Shown here: piece after piece, positions 57,939 to 64,000 of the stretch
Layout of the letters: every line of letters begins with the position of its first letter
Position numbering within the stretch: the stretch's first letter is position 1
Notes under the pieces: generated by a model
Seen by the model: only the letters and a program-made list of their open reading frames with translations
Told to the model about the DNA's origin: nothing
Databases searched by the model: none
Assembly: GCA_035351535.1 (NCBI GenBank)
Contig: DAOPWJ010000028.1
Coordinates: 1 to 64,000 of the forward strand
Source: Polyangiaceae bacterium
GTDB lineage: Bacteria; Myxococcota_A; Polyangia; Polyangiales; Polyangiaceae
Length of the DNA: 64,000 bases
Reading direction: 5' to 3'
Made by a program: the position numbers and the translations under genes

Positions 57939-59201
57939 TCAGGCATTGGTCAATACGTATCGCGCGGCTGCCGTGCCAGCTTCGACTCCCGTGGCGATGG
58001 AGGCCAATGAGGCCGCGGGTCGTTTCAGCGCCAATTCGCCTGCGACAAAAAGGCCCGCGAGTGGATTATTCGAGGCATCGAGGACCTGGACGCCATCGCG
58101 GAGCACATTGATCCTATCCATCCACCAAACGCCGTGGTCGTCGCGCGGCCAGGCGAGTCGTTCGAGATTGAACCCATGAAGGGATGCGACCGTTTCGGAG
58201 ATTCGACCATCGACCGTAAGGACCAAGGGCCCGCGATACGAAAGGGAAAATGGATGGGCTGGTGAAAACGACTGCTCGTTGCCCTCCTGGGGCTCACCAG
58301 AAGTGAGGATGATTCCACCTCCCGCGATACCGCCCGTCGCGACCACGACAGCCTTGGCCTGGTACGGGCGCTTCGACTGGGAAACATGCACATTCCAATC
58401 GCCATCGACCTGCTCGAGCCGCTGCACGCGATCTTGGATCCGCGTGATCCGTTGTTGGGTCAGCCACCGATTCGCGGCATGCTCCCACCGGGCTCCGGCG
58501 GTACTTCCAAGCCCCGCGCAAGCTTCTCCGATTTGTATCCCTATATGGTTAGTCAGGATCGAAGCAACGGGCGTATCGATGCCCAACCACGGTCCCAGCA
58601 ATACAGATTTTCCGCCTCCATGCCGCTGGACCTCCGCGCTCAGATGCTCACCGAATTTCGTACGACCCTCCGGACTATCAAGGTGAAAGGCGATTTCCGT
58701 ATCGGAACCAAAACGCATTCGATCGTCGTCGAGTGACGAGGCATCGAAGCTTTCGAAACGAAGACCTTGCTCACGGCACCAGAGATCTTCCGACCATGAT
58801 CGGGCGAGGAAATCAGCATCCCAATTCGGTCTATCGATACGAGGCACAAGAATCGTTTCGTTTTTGTGAGAGGCCAGATTGAGCAGGGCGCGGTCCGCGG
58901 CATCGGCGGTTCGAACGACTCCGGCGAGAGTGGCAACTCGTGTTTTTTCGGGATCAACACACCATATATCGATGGCGTCGATGAATTCTTTTTGTCGTTC
59001 GTCCAGCGATGAACTCCTGGGATGCAGGTTCCAGACGCCATGGTCCAAACAACCGGAATACAGCGTAGTGGCGCCATTTCCGAGGGAAATGAGCAGCGGC
59101 CGCACCCCCAGGCGAAGCGATGCATGAGCCGCGGCAACTCCCGCCGCGCCATCGCCAAGGATGATCACATCTTCGTGATGATTCACGGTTCTTGTCCCCA
59201 T
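57939..59201 (-). CDS. glpB: Anaerobic glycerol-3-phosphate dehydrogenase subunit B-like FAD protein
   Basis: N-terminal dinucleotide motif (VIILGDGAAGVAAA). Position immediately downstream of, and overlapping, glpA. Size (~420 aa) as GlpB. Confidence 0.65.
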   Translation of the reverse strand: MGTRTVNHHEDVIILGDGAAGVAAAHASLRLGVRPLLISLGNGATTLYSGCLDHGVWNLHPRSSSLDERQKEFIDAIDIWCVDPEKTRVATLAGVVRTADAADRALLNLASHKNETILVPRIDRPNWDADFLARSWSEDLWCREQGLRFESFDASSLDDDRMRFGSDTEIAFHLDSPEGRTKFGEHLSAEVQRHGGGKSVLLGPWLGIDTPVASILTNHIGIQIGEACAGLGSTAGARWEHAANRWLTQQRITRIQDRVQRLEQVDGDWNVHVSQSKRPYQAKAVVVATGGIAGGGIILTSGEPQEGNEQSFSPAHPFSLSYRGPLVLTVDGRISETVASLHGFNLERLAWPRDDHGVWWMDRINVLRDGVQVLDASNNPLAGLFVAGELALKRPAASLASIATGVEAGTAAARYVLTNA

Positions 59202-60868
59202 CCGACTTGTGCTCGAATCGCGGCTCTCAACAATGCTTCTTGCCGTGCCTGAGCGCTTCCCAGAGCGACCGCGCGCGTAAACGAAGACGAAAGCAAAAGG
59301 CGAAGGGCCTGCGAGCGCCCCTGCGATGGCGTCCACCCCAGTTCATCCGCCACGATGGCACCCGCACGAAGGACGCAATGCAGCCCCGCGCATGGTCCAA
59401 GCCCCAAACGAGTACGTCGAGACAAATCCTCGAAGCATCGAACGAATTCATGTCGAACGACGAATCGGATTTCTTCTTCCGTGATGGCTTCGCAAGAGCA
59501 GATGAAGCGAGGCGTACGTTTTGACTCGACGATTTGTTCTGCAATGAGACGCGCGCGACTTCCATGCCGGTAGATGAGTCGTCGCGCTGCCACCGGGTCG
59601 ATTCCGCAGATCTTGGCGAGTTCCCCGGCATCGAGGGATTCATCGCCGCCTGGCAAAGGCAGAAGATGTGTTTGGGAGGGCTGATGACAATCGAGGCGAG
59701 CGGCTACGATGTCGGTCATCTGTTGTGCGAAGATCCGGTAGCTTGCAAGCTTTCCACCGATCATCGAGTAGATGCCGTCTTTGCCATGGCTGGCGTGATC
59801 GATGATCTCGTGTTCACGGGACAATTTGTCAGGAATGGGTCCATAAGCGTACAAGGTGGGTCGCACACCCGCGAAGGTGTGAATGGCTCGTGCGTTTTGG
59901 ATGGACGGGAATACGCGGCGAATCGCCTCGATGAGATAGCGGACCTCATCACTGGTGGCGGTCACCTGATCGAGATCGCCGTAGTAGTCGGTGTCGGTAG
60001 TGCCCAAAATGCTGACATTTTGCCAAGGTTCGAGAAAGATCTGCCGATTGTCGATGGCCTGAGCCACCACGGCGTAGTTGGAAAGGCGTCGGTCGAAAAC
60101 GACATGGATGCCTTTTCCTGGACGAACGGCCGCGACGGAGGGCGGCATATCCGCGAGGGATGCGGTCAGGGGGGCCCAAGCGCCGGAAGCGTTGACGACG
60201 ACGCGCGTCGATACGGAGCCTGATTGATTGGTGATTCGATCCCGCCAGCGAACGGCCATGCGGGCTGGGGAAGAGGAAAGCAGTTCAAGCCCTTCGACCG
60301 TGGTATGCGTGCGAACGTGGGCTCCGCGTTGGTGAGCATCGACGGCATTGGCGGTGCATAGTCGTGCGCCGTCGATTCCCCATTCATCGAAGGTGACGGC
60401 ACCAACGATGTCGCCGGACAGGCCTGGCTCGAGAATTCTGGCTTGCTCTGGTGTGAGGCGCGTATGGGGGCGTCCTCGTTTGAGCGGTTGAAAGCTGTCA
60501 TAGGCGCCGAAGAAGGCATCCACGAGTTGGAGAAAAATCCGAGAGCCGATGCTGCGATGGATCGGCATGATAAACGGGATACGAAAGAGCAAGTGGGGGG
60601 CGATTCGTTGAATATAGCCGGAATCTAGGCATGACAATCGGGTGACCTTCGGACTGGAAGTGAGGTAGCGAACCCCACCGTGGATCATGCCACTGGAGTT
60701 GCCGCTAGCGCCGAAGGCCAGGTCATTTCGCTCGAACAAACACGCGGACAACCCTCGGATCGCGCAATCTCTGAGCACTCCCGTGCCATTGACACCACCT
60801 CCAATCACAACGACATCGTAGTCCGTGTTCGGGTGAGCCAAAGAAAGTGGCGATGGCGCCTCGGTCAT
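59183..60868 (-). CDS. glpA: Anaerobic glycerol-3-phosphate dehydrogenase subunit A (FAD-dependent, C-terminal BFD-like [2Fe-2S] domain)
   Basis: DVVVIGGGVNGTGV…GASGNSSGMIHGGVRYL (GlpA/GlpD FAD motifs). C-terminal CSCEAITEEE…GLGPCAGLHC BFD-like cluster. Confidence 0.85.
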   Translation of the reverse strand: MTEAPSPLSLAHPNTDYDVVVIGGGVNGTGVLRDCAIRGLSACLFERNDLAFGASGNSSGMIHGGVRYLTSSPKVTRLSCLDSGYIQRIAPHLLFRIPFIMPIHRSIGSRIFLQLVDAFFGAYDSFQPLKRGRPHTRLTPEQARILEPGLSGDIVGAVTFDEWGIDGARLCTANAVDAHQRGAHVRTHTTVEGLELLSSSPARMAVRWRDRITNQSGSVSTRVVVNASGAWAPLTASLADMPPSVAAVRPGKGIHVVFDRRLSNYAVVAQAIDNRQIFLEPWQNVSILGTTDTDYYGDLDQVTATSDEVRYLIEAIRRVFPSIQNARAIHTFAGVRPTLYAYGPIPDKLSREHEIIDHASHGKDGIYSMIGGKLASYRIFAQQMTDIVAARLDCHQPSQTHLLPLPGGDESLDAGELAKICGIDPVAARRLIYRHGSRARLIAEQIVESKRTPRFICSCEAITEEEIRFVVRHEFVRCFEDLSRRTRLGLGPCAGLHCVLRAGAIVADELGWTPSQGRSQALRLLLSSSFTRAVALGSAQARQEALLRAAIRAQVGWGQEP

Positions 60869-61064
60869 GTCGAAAGGTTACCCTTTCCTTCGTCGGTTTT
60901 CCGCAATGATGCGACCTTCGCGCAGAAGGTTCAGCTTTCCACGCTAGCGTCTGCCCAGTCGAGAAGATCAATCAATAATCAAGAAACAACATAGATTTAC
61001 AGCATTTCGACTCTTGCTAGGCGATAAGCTCGTCGAACGACGAAGCACTCGTCCCACCGGTTCA

Positions 61065-62132
61065 TCAAGGTCTGTCGAACCGGTCCAGCACCTCGTCAAG
61101 CTTCTCGAAAAGCATTCGATTGCCGTCTTGGTGGTGGTTGCCAAGAGCATCGAAGTACCGGTCTTCTTGCTGGAGAAACCAAGATAAAACGTCGAACTCG
61201 ATCTTCGAGGCTCCCAGGCCATAGCCTAATTTTTCGAGGTAGCGCGCGTTCATTTCCTGTTCGAATTGGTGGCGGATGGGCACGCTGAAGACGGGTTTTC
61301 GCAAGTAGATGGCTTCGTGAATCAGCGACAAGCCGCCATTGGATACGACCGCGCGAGCCGATGACAGGTCACGGATGAACTGATCTTCGCTGAAGTCTTT
61401 GATGATGCAATTGCCTTGCACCTCGTTTCGTCGCAGGCCGTAGATGATGAATTGGTGGTCGGAAAGGCGACGGAGGGTTGGGATGAGCGACGTATCCGAG
61501 ACGGAGGTTTGGTAAACGAGGATGTGTTTTGCGCGTGATGATGAAGCGTTGAGGATTTCCGGGCGAAGGATAGGCGGAACCAGGGTGGTATTTTTCGCGT
61601 GCTTCCCTCGGATCTTGGGGAAAAAGAAGGATGTAATGAAGTAGTGATCACAGCCTGGCAGCTTTGCTTTGACGAAAGCTTTGGTGGAGAAAAAATCGAA
61701 GTCGACGCCTTTTCGAATGTCTTCCTCGTGCTCGCAGCGGTGGATGATTTGTTGATTGTCGATGGATATGACGGGCGTGGCATGAGCTTTGGCGTAAAGG
61801 TAAGCAAAGGAGTCGAAGTCGCTGATGACGAGTTGCGGTGCGAAGTCCACGACTCGTTCGAAGTACGCCGCGGCGTTGCCAACGACAATGGCTGGCGAGC
61901 GCATCATGTTATCGAGCACGGACCGGTCACGGTCCATGGCTCCATCGTCGTAAGTAATGGAAAGTCCTTGTATTTCTACGACATCGTCGAAGTGTTTTTT
62001 CAAGAAGTGGTAAGCGCGCCCGGACACGACGATGCGAACGCGATGATTGTTTTCCAGAAGGTGGGCGATGACCACTTTGGATCGCGTGGCATGCCCCATG
62101 CCTTCGCCAACGACACCGTATAAAACACGCAT
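61065..62132 (-). CDS. GT1/GT28-family glycosyltransferase (MGT/MurG-like fold)
   Basis: N-terminus VVGEGMGHATRS (GxGHxxR typical of UDP-glycosyltransferases). C-terminal HGG…SL.E nucleotide-sugar region (VVSNGGLSLIHEAI). Confidence 0.75.
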   Translation of the reverse strand: MRVLYGVVGEGMGHATRSKVVIAHLLENNHRVRIVVSGRAYHFLKKHFDDVVEIQGLSITYDDGAMDRDRSVLDNMMRSPAIVVGNAAAYFERVVDFAPQLVISDFDSFAYLYAKAHATPVISIDNQQIIHRCEHEEDIRKGVDFDFFSTKAFVKAKLPGCDHYFITSFFFPKIRGKHAKNTTLVPPILRPEILNASSSRAKHILVYQTSVSDTSLIPTLRRLSDHQFIIYGLRRNEVQGNCIIKDFSEDQFIRDLSSARAVVSNGGLSLIHEAIYLRKPVFSVPIRHQFEQEMNARYLEKLGYGLGASKIEFDVLSWFLQQEDRYFDALGNHHQDGNRMLFEKLDEVLDRFDRP

Positions 62133-62158
62133 GGCTTTTCCGGATTCGATGTGAAACG

Positions 62159-63712
62159 TCAGAACGAGTGAGAAGCTCCAAACGATAGCGCATTGATGAC
62201 GGAACGATTGGAACCGCCATTGACTGGATAGTCTGTGCGATACGTGGGGGCAGCGCCAGCCAGGCCTTGGGTTTTGCCGTCCCCTTGGTTGTCGAGGCCT
62301 TGATAAAAGACGTGCGCATAAGCCACCATCAGGTCGAGGGCTCCAAACCGGACGGTTCCCCCCACATGCAGACCGAACTTGCGAGAGGGGACGTAATCGA
62401 CGTTCAGGTATTTGGGGTCTTGCGCTTCGGAATCGAAGAAGGCGCCGGCACGTGCGGCCAGTCTATTGGGCAACATGACGTAGTCGCCGCCGAGACGAAA
62501 ACCGAAGGAGTCTTTCCAATGGTGTGGGACGCGCGCATCGGTCGGCATGGCGAAGGCGACACTGGAATTCGGATTGGGATCCGCGGGGTTATGCACTTCG
62601 AGAAAGACGCCGTCGGGCATGGTGGCGTCGAGATATTTGAAGTGCGAGTTGTTGGCCCACGTCATATCGAGTTCGATATCCCAAACGTCGTTGGCGATGG
62701 GATCCCGCATTTTCGAATGGATTCCGTCTCTAGGTTGGTGCCATCGAAAACCAACTCGGGCCTGCATCGGCCATGGCGCAACGACCTGCACGCTGTCTTT
62801 GGGAGCACGCACGGAGTTTCGTGAGCTTGGGCGTTGATGGGGCGGGTCTCCGTAGACACTTCCTTCGACAGCCATATCTCCTTTGGCGCGGATATCGTCC
62901 ATCCAGTGGTACCAAGCAGCCACGTCAATGTTTGGCGAGGGCGACCATAACGTGCCGACGGTGAATCCCGGAACGAACAGGTCTTTGACATCGATATCGG
63001 CTTGGAAATCGAGGTATTGTTCCGCGAGGTATGGGTAGTTTTGAATGGTTTCGCCGGCGGATCGTCCGGCAGCGAGGATGGAGAACTTCAGCCGAGCGAT
63101 GCCCCAGATCAACGAAGCACCGAAGCGCAAATCATCGATGGGTTCCCAACCGATACCGATTTGGGGCCATATGAACAATAGTTCGTCGCTTTGCAGCAGA
63201 TAGCGTTGGGGGCTCGGGACTTCTCGTTCGACTCCACCGACTCGAGAGCCCGTGACATGGGATGGGAACGTGAATTGGCCGCGGGTCGAGGGGCCGAGGA
63301 CGGCGAGGCCCAAGCCAAGACGGTCGGACAATCGTAGGACTCCCGCGAGTTGCGGGTTAGGGAAAGGGGTACCGCTATCGTCGTTGCAGACTTCGTTGGG
63401 GTATTGATAGGCGCCACCATTTCCCAGACGAACGGGGTTGCCGTCGGGGTAGGTGCGTTTCAGACAATTTTTTTGCCAGATCAAGGAAGAATTGAGCAGC
63501 AGGCTGGAAGGCTGGCCGGCGAGGCCGGCGGGATTGAAAAACGTGGCGAGAGAGTTGGAAGCGCGCGCGGTCCACGCGCCGGCACGGCCAAGCTGTTCGG
63601 TTCCGTTTTCGGGGAATTCGTAGCCCGTCGAAGCATCCGTACGACTCGAAACAAGCGCGAGAGATAACGCAGCAGCGATGCAAACCACCGAAGGACATCG
63701 AGTCACCTGCAT
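62159..63712 (-). CDS. FadL/TodX/OMPP1-family outer-membrane hydrophobic-compound transporter
   Basis: Signal peptide. N-terminal G(Y/F)E…GLGRAGA…NPAGLA hatch motif. Terminal aromatic residue (…ASHSF). Confidence 0.7.
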   Translation of the reverse strand: MQVTRCPSVVCIAAALSLALVSSRTDASTGYEFPENGTEQLGRAGAWTARASNSLATFFNPAGLAGQPSSLLLNSSLIWQKNCLKRTYPDGNPVRLGNGGAYQYPNEVCNDDSGTPFPNPQLAGVLRLSDRLGLGLAVLGPSTRGQFTFPSHVTGSRVGGVEREVPSPQRYLLQSDELLFIWPQIGIGWEPIDDLRFGASLIWGIARLKFSILAAGRSAGETIQNYPYLAEQYLDFQADIDVKDLFVPGFTVGTLWSPSPNIDVAAWYHWMDDIRAKGDMAVEGSVYGDPPHQRPSSRNSVRAPKDSVQVVAPWPMQARVGFRWHQPRDGIHSKMRDPIANDVWDIELDMTWANNSHFKYLDATMPDGVFLEVHNPADPNPNSSVAFAMPTDARVPHHWKDSFGFRLGGDYVMLPNRLAARAGAFFDSEAQDPKYLNVDYVPSRKFGLHVGGTVRFGALDLMVAYAHVFYQGLDNQGDGKTQGLAGAAPTYRTDYPVNGGSNRSVINALSFGASHSF

Positions 63713-63742
63713 GGGGACACTCCTTTGGGGAGCCAGGGTTGC

Positions 63743-63970
63743 TTATCGAACGGGGCTAGCTTTGAGGGCAGCCCTCCCATCCTTGACGTAGACCGTGAAT
63801 TTGACGCGTTTACACTTGGTTTTGGCAATGAGTTGCTCTCGATTTTTTCGGAGCGTGACCTGAAACTTTTCGAAGGTCAGCCCGGAGGTGGGCTCTCCAC
63901 ATTGTTTTTTGGTTCGGAGGAATTCCTCGAAGGTGTTGTGCCATTCGGCGATCTCACCGGCTTCTTCCAC
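63743..63970 (-). CDS. Hypothetical protein (N-terminus may lie beyond the annotated GTG; possibly partial)
   Basis: ORF runs to within 30 bp of the window edge. Lys-rich. No recognisable domain. Confidence 0.25.
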   Translation of the reverse strand: MEEAGEIAEWHNTFEEFLRTKKQCGEPTSGLTFEKFQVTLRKNREQLIAKTKCKRVKFTVYVKDGRAALKASPVR

Positions 63971-64000
63971 CGCGGCATGGGCACCGGTCGCGGAGGCTTC

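Overview
High-GC (~65%) chromosomal segment. It looks myxobacterial (Myxococcota-like): two secreted proteins end in MYXO-CTERM-type sorting signals, there are Myxococcus-type cysteine-rich repeats, and there is a dense eukaryote-like signalling set (Hanks kinase, PP2C, cNMP-binding domains, ECF sigma). I call about 50 protein genes and two tRNAs (Pro-CGG on the minus strand, Arg-TCT on the plus strand). I see no rRNA and no CRISPR. At the left edge there is one fragmentary IS4-like transposase ORF.

Notable contents:
- a bacterial major vault protein (MVP) homologue, apparently in an operon with serA and a lipoprotein, and abutting tRNA-Pro;
- a TetR-controlled glycyl-radical enzyme (GRE) with an unusual N-terminal extension, plus its activase;
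- anaerobic glpAB next to tRNA-Arg;
- a tandem cNMP-sensing pair (PP2C-cNMP and cNMP-DUF1003);
- a PAS histidine kinase translationally coupled to a receiver-GcvH-like response regulator;
- a Tat-exported TldD/PmbA pair;
- a PlsC-hydrolase fusion;
- a polA-Ser/Thr kinase-htrA-ECF sigma/anti-sigma block;
- an amino-sugar and polysaccharide cluster (DegT aminotransferase, hexapeptide N-acetyltransferase, methyltransferase, Wzx, GT2).

Many long antisense ORFs in the six-frame track are GC-driven shadow ORFs and were rejected.
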